A DNA stretch of 58,516 nucleotides from Calditrichia bacterium (GTDB lineage Bacteria > Calditrichota > Calditrichia > Calditrichales > J004), in the NCBI GenBank assembly GCA_027006055.1, contig JALTKX010000155.1:1-58516 (forward strand). The letters run 5' to 3'. Within the stretch, counting starts at the first letter, position 1; each line of letters opens with the position of its first letter. Below the pieces are notes generated by a model, which made no database searches, had not been told where the DNA came from, and worked only from the letters and a program-made list of their open reading frames with translations. Positions 30,075 to 39,555 of the stretch are shown piece after piece. The translations under genes and the position numbers were made by a program.

Positions 30075-31709
30075 GTGCCTGTGTACGCCGAGATAGATAC
30101 GCAAGATTATATCGATGAAATCGTGGATAATATCCGCAAGAAGGATAAGATCAAGGCCGATTTGGTTATTTCCCATATCGCCCGGATGGGGGCCGATGTT
30201 CAACGCCGGATGCTACAGGCCCTGAGCCGCGAAAACACGGACTTTACCGTAAGTTATATTATCCATCTTCTGGAAATTGCCGCCACGCTGGATATCGATG
30301 AAAGCGAGATAATTGAAACCTTGCAGGATATGCTTTTGCAACGACCGGAGAATATCCGCTTTCTGTTGGAAAATCCTGCTCTTTCGGAAAAGTTTGATAT
30401 AATCGACCTGATCGCGGAATTGCAATATGACGGCGCGGTGCCTTACCTGCTGGAACGGTTGAATAATGAACAGGATCAGCAAAATATCATCCGTATTATT
30501 CGCGCCCTGGGCAGTATCGGCGATCCCGAAACGGTTAACAGCTTAAGCGAGTATCTCTATTCCGAAAACCGTCCGCTTATCATGGCCGCCATAGAGGCCC
30601 TGAAGGAAATCGGCAGCTCCAATGCCCTGGAGGCCCTGACCGAGCGTATCGGCACGGACCACGAGATCGATGCGCGGATAGTGGATATTTTTGCCTTAAT
30701 ACAGGACGAGGCGAGCCTGAAAGCGCTGAACCGGGTTTTAAAAACGGGCGATCCGCAACTGCGAAATTATGCCAAGACAAAACTGATACAGATCGGGCCC
30801 AAGGTTGTACCGATTATTATCGACAATTTACGTGATGATGATTCCGAGTTTGTAATTCATTCCCTGAATATTCTGGGTATGTTGGGCGACGCCAGTGCCG
30901 TCAATGCCATCCGGCAGCTTCTCTTTGATCATCCTCCTAACGGCAATATACGCTTTGCCGCGTTTGAGGCCCTGGGCATGTTGCCCATTCTTAAGGGTAT
31001 CTTTGTTTTGTCCAACGGCCTGTCCGATGAGGTGGACCTGGTGCGTAAGGCCGCGGCACGGGCCATAGACCGCAACAATACCTCTACCCTGAGGTCGGGC
31101 ATACGCAATCTTATCCGTAATAACGACGCCGAGGCGCGCAATATCGTATCCGCCTTTATTGACGCCGAGGCGGATTCCATATTCAGAAATATGATTATGG
31201 AAAGCCCCTTCCGGGAACTGGCCATGGATTATCTGAAAAAGGATGCCCATCCCGATCTTAAAAAACATTTCGGCGATCTGTTAAAACAGATTGGCTATAA
31301 CGATTTGGCCGCCGAAATAGAACCGCGTTCCGAAGAAGATCAAAAACGGTTGAACATTATTGTTGTGGATGATTCGCGTATGTTGCTTAAGGTTTATAAA
31401 AGCAATCTGCATGATATCGGTTATGCCTCGCGCCTGTTTGAATTTCCCGAAACCGCGCTGGATCATATCCTGGCCGAAAAGCCCGATCTGCTTATTACGG
31501 ATTTGAACATGCCTAAGCTTACCGGTATCCAATTGACGGAAAAGGTGCGTGAAAAGTACAGTGCGGAAGAATTGCCGATTCTATTGATCACAACTCAAAC
31601 GGACAAGGATGAAACGGCCGAGGCCTTTAAGGCAGGTATTTCGGATGTGATCTATAAGCCGTTTACCAAGGAACATCTGAAGGCGACCATAGATAAACTG
31701 GTGGGTTAA
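30075..31709 (+). CDS. HEAT/PBS-lyase repeat protein with C-terminal REC domain
   Basis: Repeated 'ALGSIGD', 'ALKEIGS', 'LGMLGD' helical units, then IVVDDS...ITDLNMP...KPF. Confidence 0.85.
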   Translation: MPVYAEIDTQDYIDEIVDNIRKKDKIKADLVISHIARMGADVQRRMLQALSRENTDFTVSYIIHLLEIAATLDIDESEIIETLQDMLLQRPENIRFLLENPALSEKFDIIDLIAELQYDGAVPYLLERLNNEQDQQNIIRIIRALGSIGDPETVNSLSEYLYSENRPLIMAAIEALKEIGSSNALEALTERIGTDHEIDARIVDIFALIQDEASLKALNRVLKTGDPQLRNYAKTKLIQIGPKVVPIIIDNLRDDDSEFVIHSLNILGMLGDASAVNAIRQLLFDHPPNGNIRFAAFEALGMLPILKGIFVLSNGLSDEVDLVRKAAARAIDRNNTSTLRSGIRNLIRNNDAEARNIVSAFIDAEADSIFRNMIMESPFRELAMDYLKKDAHPDLKKHFGDLLKQIGYNDLAAEIEPRSEEDQKRLNIIVVDDSRMLLKVYKSNLHDIGYASRLFEFPETALDHILAEKPDLLITDLNMPKLTGIQLTEKVREKYSAEELPILLITTQTDKDETAEAFKAGISDVIYKPFTKEHLKATIDKLVG

Positions 31710-32107
31710 ATCATCTTGATTTTTTTGAGGGCGTTTACGATATCCTCTTTTGAAAAGGGTTTGGCCACATAGTAGTCACAACCCAGTTTATAGGCCTGTT
31801 GCACGGTAGCAGGATGGGTTACCGACGATATGATGATGATCTTACAACGCTCTTCGCTTTTCAGTTTTATTTCATCCTCAAATTTGCGGATGTTGCTCAG
31901 AACATCCAGTCCGTTCATTTCCGGAAGATAAATATCCAGGCATACCAAGTTAAAAGCATTTCCGTTAAAAAAGAATTCCGCGTATTTTTTCAGGGCTTCC
32001 TTACCGTTGTTGCTGACGGTAAACACTCCGTAGGGCTCAATAAAGCGCTCAATCACCCTTTGAATAAGGAAAACGTCCTCTACAATCAGCGCATTTATTT
32101 TTTTCAC
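31706..32107 (-). CDS. CheY-like single-domain response regulator (paralog of 20001..20405)
   Basis: ALIVED, CLDIYLP, IISS, YVAKPF; convergent stop overlap TTAA. Confidence 0.88.
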   Translation of the reverse strand: MKKINALIVEDVFLIQRVIERFIEPYGVFTVSNNGKEALKKYAEFFFNGNAFNLVCLDIYLPEMNGLDVLSNIRKFEDEIKLKSEERCKIIIISSVTHPATVQQAYKLGCDYYVAKPFSKEDIVNALKKIKMI

Positions 32108-32137
32108 TTTATTGTTCCCGTAAAAAACTTCTTTCCG

Positions 32138-32164
32138 TCATCGGCATATTTTAAAATAATTTTA
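32138..32164 (-). promoter_or_regulatory. sigma28 (FliA) promoter
   Basis: Minus strand reads TAAA-N15-GCCGATGA, one mismatch from TAAA-N15-GCCGATAA, 30 nt upstream of the gene starting at 32107. Confidence 0.75.
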
Positions 32165-32388
32165 TTATAAAGCGTTATAAAACACCTGTTTATTTCCTTA
32201 AAAGGCAATTGGTTTCTAATCTCCGATCCCTGAAAAGCGGATGAGGAAGTTTTTATCCGGCAACAGGAAAGTTTTGCCATCGACGGCGGGGAATCGATTT
32301 GTTTCCGGGGAAGGCTTGGTACGGAAGATATCTTGTAACTTCTTTAATTTTAAATGTTTATGGTTGATAAGATATGAGTGGTTTACGT

Positions 32389-32406
32389 TTGGCACAGCTT
32401 TTGACA
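32389..32406 (+). promoter_or_regulatory. sigma54 -24/-12 promoter of the flgB operon (GG-N10-GA variant)
   Basis: TTGGCACAGCTTTTGACA just upstream of flgB. Confidence 0.7.
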
Positions 32407-32429
32407 TGTAAGAGATGAAAGGAAGAACG

Positions 32430-32804
32430 ATGAAGCTATTTGATTTTGATAAAATACAGCTATACAAAAAAGCGCTGAACGTTTATGACAAGCAGCATAA
32501 GGCGATCGCGAAAAATGTGGCCAATGCGCATGATAATAGCTATCGCCCGGTTAAAACCGATTTTTCCGATCAACTGCAAACGGCATTGACGGAGAAACTT
32601 AAAAAATCGGATCCGCGCCATTTTGACGCCAATGGTCCTGGAGAATTTCCCACGCTGGATAAGGATAAAACCCGTGAAACGGTGGATTTGAACAAGGAGA
32701 TGGGTGATCTGGCTGTCAATCAGATTCGTTTTGACTTCGTCAGCAGGCTGCTCAACAGAACCTATAAAAGTCTGAATGCCAGTATAACAGGAAAAACAAA
32801 CTAA
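32430..32804 (+). CDS. flgB: Flagellar basal-body rod protein FlgB
   Basis: AIAKNVANA, VDLNKEM; first gene of the operon; AAAGGA RBS favours ATG 32430. Confidence 0.9.
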   Translation: MKLFDFDKIQLYKKALNVYDKQHKAIAKNVANAHDNSYRPVKTDFSDQLQTALTEKLKKSDPRHFDANGPGEFPTLDKDKTRETVDLNKEMGDLAVNQIRFDFVSRLLNRTYKSLNASITGKTN

Positions 32805-32816
32805 AGGAGTTCATGG

Positions 32817-33305
32817 ATGAAAACAGAGGGAATTCTTTCCGCCATTAATACAACCATGGGCGGACTATCCACGCAGATGAAGCGCCTGCGTCTTATTTCC
32901 GATAACATCGCCAATGCCGACCGGGTTGCCGATAAAAAGGGTAATCTCTATAAAAGGCAGGTGCTGGTCTCCGAAGGGGAAAACTCTGTGAGAAATAAGA
33001 ATTTCGGCGATCGTTTGTCATTAAAAATGAAAAAAACGGATCAGGGGCATTTTAATACCGTAGATCGGCGCCTGCCAGGCCTAAAGGGTGGCACGGACGG
33101 CTTCCGTGTTGTAGAACAGGACAGCACCCTGCGCGTCTTTGAACCGAATAACCCCATGGCCGACAAGGACGGTTATGTGGAAAAACCCGATATCAACGTG
33201 GTTGAGGAAATGGTGGATATGATATCCGCCACGCGCATTTATGAAGCCAATGTAAGCGTTATGCAGGCTGCCAAGAATATCGCTAAAAAATCTCTGGAGA
33301 TCTAG
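32817..33305 (+). CDS. flgC: Rod protein FlgC
   Basis: ISDNIANA, YKRQ, NPMADKDGYV, EMVDMISATRIYEAN. Confidence 0.96.
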   Translation: MKTEGILSAINTTMGGLSTQMKRLRLISDNIANADRVADKKGNLYKRQVLVSEGENSVRNKNFGDRLSLKMKKTDQGHFNTVDRRLPGLKGGTDGFRVVEQDSTLRVFEPNNPMADKDGYVEKPDINVVEEMVDMISATRIYEANVSVMQAAKNIAKKSLEI

Positions 33306-33307
33306 CG

Positions 33308-33598
33308 ATGAGAATATCTGGGGGAATATCGGATTTATACGGCGCGGAAAGCTATGCCCGGCAGGGGACAAAGGTACAGTCCGCCCCGGCGGAACAGGCC
33401 AGGAACATTGACAACAAGCAAGCCCCGGAAAAAAAAGCCTCGGGGACGATTTCCCTGCGCGGGGTGCTGAGTGCCCGGGAGCTTAAAACCCTCGAAGCCT
33501 TTTTTGGCGATCCGCATACCAACCGGCAATCGCTTTACGGCGGAAGAGGCGCCCCTAAAAACATACATTCCGGCATGTTATTGGATGTGAAAGGATAA
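33308..33598 (+). CDS. Hypothetical protein with C-terminal GMLLDVKG motif
   Basis: Tightly packed between flgC and fliE. Confidence 0.75.
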   Translation: MRISGGISDLYGAESYARQGTKVQSAPAEQARNIDNKQAPEKKASGTISLRGVLSARELKTLEAFFGDPHTNRQSLYGGRGAPKNIHSGMLLDVKG

Positions 33599-33601
33599 AC
33601 T

Positions 33602-33913
33602 ATGTCTGCTGTAAATCAACTGGGCTCGGTAAACCTGCGGGAACTGCTGGCCCAAACAAACCCAACCCGGCCCGAAGCCAATAAAGACAAGAAACAGGAT
33701 TTCGGCGATACCATATCGGACTTCATCAACTCGGTGAACGACCAGGCCAGGGAAGCCGCGCAAATTTCCCAGGATGTTATTCAGGGACGCTCGGATAATC
33801 TCCAGGAAGCCATGGCCGCGCTGGAAGAATCCGGCTTAAGTTTTAAGCTTATGGTAGAGATTCGCAATAAGCTGCTGGAGTCGTTTAAAGAAGTAGAACG
33901 GATGTCGGTATAA
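33602..33913 (+). CDS. fliE: Hook-basal body protein FliE
   Basis: MVEIRNKLLESFKEVERMSV. Confidence 0.95.
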   Translation: MSAVNQLGSVNLRELLAQTNPTRPEANKDKKQDFGDTISDFINSVNDQAREAAQISQDVIQGRSDNLQEAMAALEESGLSFKLMVEIRNKLLESFKEVERMSV

Positions 33914-33932
33914 ATCTAAACAGGAATGATTA

Positions 33933-35510
33933 ATGAATCAGCTCGTTGCACAACTTACACAATTTGTAATGCAGTTTACGCCCAAACAGCGGATTATGGT
34001 AACCGGGATTGCCCTGGTTTTTCTTTCCGCCGTGGTGGCCATGCTTATGTGGGCCAATCGAACGGAATATGAACTGCTGTTTGCCAATATGGACCCGCAG
34101 GATGCCTCGGAGGTGGTTACCGAACTTTCTAACGATAAAATAAAATACCGTTTGGAAACGGGCGGCACCACCATTTATGTGCAGCAGGATATGGTGGATG
34201 AACTGCGCATACGTTTCCATAACATGGGCGGCGGCGCCAACCAGCCTCAGGGCTGGGATGATATTTTTGATCCCGAAAAAAATAATATCGGAGAAACGAC
34301 CACCATGATGCGCATTAAAACCCTGCGCGCCCTGGAAGGGGAACTGGAAAAAACCATCAATATGATGACCTGGGTTAAGGGCTCACGGGTACATTTGAAT
34401 ATACCCGACCGGCGCCTGTTTGAAGAGGATCGCAAGGGCTCGGCCAGCGTAACCCTGATTTTATCGCGGGGCGGCGTTTCCGAAAAACAGTTGATGAGCA
34501 TCCCCCAGATGGTGGCGCATAGTGTGGAAAATATTGCTCCCGAGGATGTAACGGTTGTCGATTCCCGGGGAAATTTACTGTATAACGGCGACAATGAGAA
34601 CAGTCTGGGGCAGTCCGGAACGCAATGGGAACTGACTAAAAATGTGGAAAATGAGCTGAATAAAAAGGTACGCAGCATTTTGGAAGCCTTTGTGGGCTAT
34701 GGCAACGCAAAGGTGCAGGTGGGCGCGGAACTCAATTTTGATCAGGTCAGCAAAACCATCCAGGATATTGACCCCGATGATGTTACCGTCGTCAGCGAGG
34801 AAATTATCAATGAGTCTACCCACGACAATACGGATTCCTCCCTGGCCACGGCCGAAAACAGCACCACCAATTATGAATTCAGTAAGGTGGTGGAAAATAT
34901 AGTCACGGGAACGGGCAATATAAAGCGTCTCACCGTGTCCGTTTTGGTAAACGGTGAATTCAAAACCACCACGGACGCCAATGGCGACGAGGTAAAGGAA
35001 TATCAGCCGCGCTCCCAGGAGGATATTGATAAGCTGACGGCCCTGGTTAAAAACGCCATAGGTTTTAATGAACAGCGCGGCGACCAGGTGACGGTGGTTA
35101 ACATGCCCTTTGCCGAACAGCCCGTTTATGAAGACAGCCTGCTGGATGTTTTTAAATCCCCGGATCTGTGGAAACAACTGCTTACCTATATTTTGGTGGG
35201 CATAGGATTGTTCATGGCCTTCAATCTTATCAAGGGCTTAATGAACAGCGAGGCCACCAGTAAAATTTTGTTGCCCATCGAAATACAACAGAAGGCACTT
35301 ATGGAAAAAACAAAAGCGGAACGCATAAGCAGCGGCCTGGAGGAAGAAGATGAAATGGATGAGAACGCCTTTATCTCTAAACTGAGTCCCGAAGCCCGCG
35401 CGCGGATGAAAGCCAGTGATAAAATGACCACCGAAGTTGTAACCTTTGCCAAGGAAAACCCGGATCAGGCCACCTCGCTTATGCGCGCCTGGTTAACCCA
35501 AAAAGGATAG
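33933..35510 (+). CDS. fliF: MS-ring protein FliF
   Basis: N-terminal TM, RALEGELEKTI, ASVTL, IKRLTVSVLVN, RGDQVTV, C-terminal TM. Confidence 0.96.
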   Translation: MNQLVAQLTQFVMQFTPKQRIMVTGIALVFLSAVVAMLMWANRTEYELLFANMDPQDASEVVTELSNDKIKYRLETGGTTIYVQQDMVDELRIRFHNMGGGANQPQGWDDIFDPEKNNIGETTTMMRIKTLRALEGELEKTINMMTWVKGSRVHLNIPDRRLFEEDRKGSASVTLILSRGGVSEKQLMSIPQMVAHSVENIAPEDVTVVDSRGNLLYNGDNENSLGQSGTQWELTKNVENELNKKVRSILEAFVGYGNAKVQVGAELNFDQVSKTIQDIDPDDVTVVSEEIINESTHDNTDSSLATAENSTTNYEFSKVVENIVTGTGNIKRLTVSVLVNGEFKTTTDANGDEVKEYQPRSQEDIDKLTALVKNAIGFNEQRGDQVTVVNMPFAEQPVYEDSLLDVFKSPDLWKQLLTYILVGIGLFMAFNLIKGLMNSEATSKILLPIEIQQKALMEKTKAERISSGLEEEDEMDENAFISKLSPEARARMKASDKMTTEVVTFAKENPDQATSLMRAWLTQKG

Positions 35511-35516
35511 TACGTT

Positions 35517-36566
35517 ATGCCCGAAGAGACAGCATTGGCCACACAGGAGCCTAAAACGGAAATTGCCGAGGTATCCTTACGGCCCATTCAAAAAATCGCC
35601 TTGATGATGATCGCCTTTGGCCCGGAAATCGCGGGCGAGATTATGCGTAATTTTACGGAAAAGGAAGGCGAAAAAATTTCCATCGAGATCGCCAAGCTGA
35701 ATAATGTGCCGGTGGATGTGTTAACCAGCACCATAGAAGAATTTTATCAGATGATGCAGGCCAATCAGTACATCATTCAGGGTGGTTTGCATTATGCCCG
35801 GGAGGCGTTGGAAAAAGCCTACGGTATAAAAAAAGCGGAAGAGATTTTGAAACGGGTGGAAGCGGCCACGGAAGTAAGCGCCTTTTATCTGTTACAGACG
35901 GTGGATGATAAGCAACTGCTTAACTTTTTGCAGAATGAGCATCCGCAAACGGCGGCCCTGATACTGGCCAACCTTAAACCGACCCAGGCGGCCAGCATCC
36001 TTTCCGAATTGCCGGAAGAATACCAGTACGAAATCGCCTATCGGGTGGCCACCATGGAAAAGACCTCGCCCGAACTGATTGAAGATATCGAGGATGTTTT
36101 GCGTGAACAGATGGGCAGCATTTTTGGCGGCGGCCTGAGCAAGACCGGCGGCGTTGATACGGTGGCTGAAATCCTTAACTCGGTCAGCCGTACCGCTGAA
36201 AAGAATATCCTTACCAACCTGCGTGAGCGCGACGCCGATCTGGCCAATGAAATTAACGACCTCATGTTTATTTTTGAGGATCTGATCACCTTGCCGGCGG
36301 CAACCATCCAGATGATCCTGAAAGAGGTGAACTCCAACACCCTGGCCCTGGCCCTTAAGGCCACAACGCCGGATCTGCGCCAGAAAATATTTGATAATAT
36401 GTCCGAACGGGCCGCGGCCATGCTGAAGGAAGAGCTGGACTACATGGGTCCCGTGCGGCTTAAGGAAGTTGAAAATGCCCAAAAGGATATCCTTGATGTG
36501 GCCCGTCGTTTGGAAGAGTCCGGCGAGATTCAACTTACGCGCGGCGAAGAAGAGGAACTGATCTAA
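35517..36566 (+). CDS. fliG: Motor switch protein FliG
   Basis: EHPQTAALIL, MFIFEDL, NMSERAA, GPVRLKEVE. Confidence 0.97.
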   Translation: MPEETALATQEPKTEIAEVSLRPIQKIALMMIAFGPEIAGEIMRNFTEKEGEKISIEIAKLNNVPVDVLTSTIEEFYQMMQANQYIIQGGLHYAREALEKAYGIKKAEEILKRVEAATEVSAFYLLQTVDDKQLLNFLQNEHPQTAALILANLKPTQAASILSELPEEYQYEIAYRVATMEKTSPELIEDIEDVLREQMGSIFGGGLSKTGGVDTVAEILNSVSRTAEKNILTNLRERDADLANEINDLMFIFEDLITLPAATIQMILKEVNSNTLALALKATTPDLRQKIFDNMSERAAAMLKEELDYMGPVRLKEVENAQKDILDVARRLEESGEIQLTRGEEEELI

Positions 36567-36567
36567 A

Positions 36568-37260
36568 ATGAGCCAGACCGTAATAAAGCTGGGGCGAAAG
36601 CTCAAGGGTGTAAAAGATCATAATGTCTACCCGGGCAGGCCCTTTGACAAGGATATTAAGAACGAGGCCCTGAATAAAAGCCCGCAACAGATTATCGATG
36701 ACGCCCGCAAAATAAAACAACTCGAGGATCGCCTCCATCTGATGGAAGTGGAATTGCAAAACGCCCGGGAAGAGTCCTTTAAGGCCGGTTATGATGAAGG
36801 CAAGCATCGCACCATGCAGGAGGCGCTAAACAGAATAGAGGCGGTCAGGCTGGAGATGAAACAACAGGAAGAACACTTCCGGGAAACGCTGGAAAATCTG
36901 GAACGCCCCCTGATGATGCTGGCCAGGGAAATGGCCATAGCCGTTATACAAAGCAGGCTAGAGGAAAAGGAAGAAGCCGACCGGGCCCTGATGGATCGTT
37001 TGCGTCTAATGCTGCGGCAGGTGGTGGATCAAAATAATGTATGGATTGAAGTGAACCCCGATCAGTTGAATGTGATAGAGGGACGGGAGCTTAAAGAACA
37101 ACTGAATATGCATGATGACGCGCGGGTCAATATAACCCCGGACCCCGGTCTGAAACCGGGAGAGGCCTTTGTTCAAACGGAGGATTATGTTGTGGATGGA
37201 CGCTTTGAAAACCATCTGCAAAAACTGGACGCCGGACTATCGGGGGAGGAAAGGAAATGA
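36568..37260 (+). CDS. fliH: FliH
   Basis: ESFKAGYDEG, VNPDQ, DPGLKPGE; lies between fliG and fliI. Confidence 0.88.
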   Translation: MSQTVIKLGRKLKGVKDHNVYPGRPFDKDIKNEALNKSPQQIIDDARKIKQLEDRLHLMEVELQNAREESFKAGYDEGKHRTMQEALNRIEAVRLEMKQQEEHFRETLENLERPLMMLAREMAIAVIQSRLEEKEEADRALMDRLRLMLRQVVDQNNVWIEVNPDQLNVIEGRELKEQLNMHDDARVNITPDPGLKPGEAFVQTEDYVVDGRFENHLQKLDAGLSGEERK

Positions 37261-38579
37261 GCACCCTGGCCGAACGATTTGAACACTATGCCAACCGTGT
37301 GGCGCATCTGGATCCTATTTTGGTGGATGGTAAGGTGACACGGGCTACCGGTCTGGTAATCGAGGCTTCCTCCAAAACCGGAACGCTGGGGGATATATGC
37401 GAAATCATGCCCGGTAACGGCGCCTCCATCCGTTCGGAAATCGTCGGTTTCCGGGGCCGGAACCTGTTATTGATGCCCCTCGGAGAAACCGTTGGCATCG
37501 CGCCCGGCAGCCGGGTGCGCATACAGCCGGAACCCCTGCGGGTGGCTGTGGGCGAGGCCGTGCTGGGTCGCGTTCTGGATGGACTGGGCCATCCGCTGGA
37601 TGATCGGGGGCCGCTGTTGACGAAACATTATCGCCATGTTTATAACAGTCCGCCGAATCCCCTGCGCCGTCGCAGGATCAGCGAGCGGCTGGAGACGGGA
37701 ATCCGCTCCATTGACGGACTGATTACCCTGGGCAAGGGACAACGAGCGGGTATCTTTGCCGGCAGCGGCGTGGGTAAAAGTGTTCTGCTGGGCATGATGG
37801 CAAAAAACACCGACGCCGACGTCAATGTGATTGCCCTGATTGGCGAGCGGGGACGCGAAGTGCGGGAGTTTATTGAACGCGACCTGGGCGAGGAAGGCCT
37901 GAAACGTTCGGTAGTGGTTGTGGCCACGTCCGACCAGGCGGCGACCATCCGCATTAAGTGCGCCCTGGCGGCCACCACCCTGGCCGAGTATTTCCGCGAT
38001 CAGGGGAAAAATGTGCTGTTGATGATGGACTCCTTAACCCGGGTGGCCATGGCCCAGCGGGAAATAGGGCTGGCTATCGGCGAGCCTCCGGCTTCCAAAG
38101 GCTATACGCCATCGGTGTTTGCGCTGTTGCCGCGTCTGCTGGAAAGGGCCGGAACCAGTGACCGGGGCAGTATTACCGGACTTTACACGGTTCTGGTGGA
38201 TGGCGATGACATGGACGAGCCCATCGCCGACGCGGCGCGTTCCATATTGGACGGACACATTGTGCTCTCGCGCCGCCTGGCCACGCAGGGGCACTTTCCC
38301 GCCGTTGATGTGCTGGAGAGTGTAAGCCGCGTAAAGGGCGATGTTATATCCGATGAGCATAAAAAAATGGCCCAAAAGGTTCTAAGCCAGATGGCGGTGT
38401 ACAGGGAATCCGAAGACCTTATCAATATCGGCGCCTATACCCGGGGAACCAATAAACAGATCGACGCCGCCATGGACAATATAGAAAATATCAACCGTTT
38501 TCTGCGGCAGGATATTGAAGAGGGCAGCCCCTACCTGGGGATGATGGAACAATTGAGGAAAATAAGCGCCGGAGCGTAG
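37257..38579 (+). CDS. fliI: Flagellar export ATPase FliI
   Basis: GSGVGKS, GERGREV, LLMMDSLTR, DGHIVLSR. Confidence 0.97.
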   Translation: MSTLAERFEHYANRVAHLDPILVDGKVTRATGLVIEASSKTGTLGDICEIMPGNGASIRSEIVGFRGRNLLLMPLGETVGIAPGSRVRIQPEPLRVAVGEAVLGRVLDGLGHPLDDRGPLLTKHYRHVYNSPPNPLRRRRISERLETGIRSIDGLITLGKGQRAGIFAGSGVGKSVLLGMMAKNTDADVNVIALIGERGREVREFIERDLGEEGLKRSVVVVATSDQAATIRIKCALAATTLAEYFRDQGKNVLLMMDSLTRVAMAQREIGLAIGEPPASKGYTPSVFALLPRLLERAGTSDRGSITGLYTVLVDGDDMDEPIADAARSILDGHIVLSRRLATQGHFPAVDVLESVSRVKGDVISDEHKKMAQKVLSQMAVYRESEDLINIGAYTRGTNKQIDAAMDNIENINRFLRQDIEEGSPYLGMMEQLRKISAGA

Positions 38580-38580
38580 G

Positions 38581-39024
38581 GTGGCCCGTTTTAATTTTAA
38601 AATGCAACGTTTGCTGGAAATACGCAAACATCTTGAAAATGAAAAAGCACTGGAGGTGCACATGGCGGAAATGGTTCTTGTTGAAAAGGAAAAGGAACTG
38701 GAATTGCTGGAGTCCGAGAAAAGGGAGTTGATGTCCCGGCGGGATGCCAGCGATACGGTTGACCTGACCCTGACACAGATGTTTCATGACTATCTGCGGC
38801 AAAAAAACAATCAGATTGCCCAACAGCATGGTAAAATTCGCGAAGCCCGGAAGGAAACCGACGCCAGGCGCAAGGAGCTTGTGCAAAAAGTGCAGGAGAG
38901 AAAATCCATAGAACTGCTTAAGGAAAAAAAGTATCTGGAGTTTAAAAAAGAGCTTAATAAAAAACTGGCCCTGTTTGAAAACGAAGTGGCCCTGCGCCGC
39001 CAATTAAATAAGGAAACCGTGTAA
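38581..39024 (+). CDS. fliJ: FliJ export chaperone
   Basis: FNFKMQRLLEIR, coiled coil, follows fliI. Confidence 0.88.
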   Translation: MARFNFKMQRLLEIRKHLENEKALEVHMAEMVLVEKEKELELLESEKRELMSRRDASDTVDLTLTQMFHDYLRQKNNQIAQQHGKIREARKETDARRKELVQKVQERKSIELLKEKKYLEFKKELNKKLALFENEVALRRQLNKETV

Positions 39025-39029
39025 GAACG

Positions 39030-39551
39030 ATGAAAGGTTTGTTTGTCTTTTTTATCGGACTCATGCTGAGCGTGGGAATGTTTTACCAGGCGGTTAAGTA
39101 TCTTAAGGAGGAGCAGCAGAAGGCCTTTGCGGAAATAGCCGCGCATGACTCTACCTTTACGCTGGAGCTTCCGCTCTCCGAGGCGGACAGTTTGCGCCTG
39201 ATGCTGGAAAACTACCAAAAGGAGATTGCCCGCCGCGATCAAAAGATGGACAGCCTGACCAACATTACAAAAAACAGTGAGTTGGAAGCCCAAAGAGCCA
39301 AGGCCATGGCCGAAAAACTGGCCCTGGAAAGACAGGCCGAGATCGACAAGGAAGAACAGGCGAAAGTGATGGCTAAAACCTTTTCCAAAATGAAGGTCAA
39401 CCAAATCGCGCCTATTCTGAAAAATCTGGATGACGCCACCATCCTGTTGATATACAGGCATACGGGTAACCGTTTTAAACAAAACATTCTGCTGGCCATT
39501 AATGAAAAACGGGCGGCGGCTTTGACGAAAAACTTTATTACGCAAAGGTAA
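39030..39551 (+). CDS. MotE/YlxF/FlbB-like protein (TM + coiled coil + MgtE_N-like)
   Basis: MAKTFSKMKVNQIAPILKNL...ILLAINEKRAAAL; position between fliJ and fliK. Confidence 0.75.
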   Translation: MKGLFVFFIGLMLSVGMFYQAVKYLKEEQQKAFAEIAAHDSTFTLELPLSEADSLRLMLENYQKEIARRDQKMDSLTNITKNSELEAQRAKAMAEKLALERQAEIDKEEQAKVMAKTFSKMKVNQIAPILKNLDDATILLIYRHTGNRFKQNILLAINEKRAAALTKNFITQR

Positions 39552-39555
39552 GCTT

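Noticed and set aside
32216-32467. 83-aa minus-strand ORF, and the 31799..32170 plus-strand ORF
   Set aside because: They overlap the divergent promoter region and real genes, with no protein signal.
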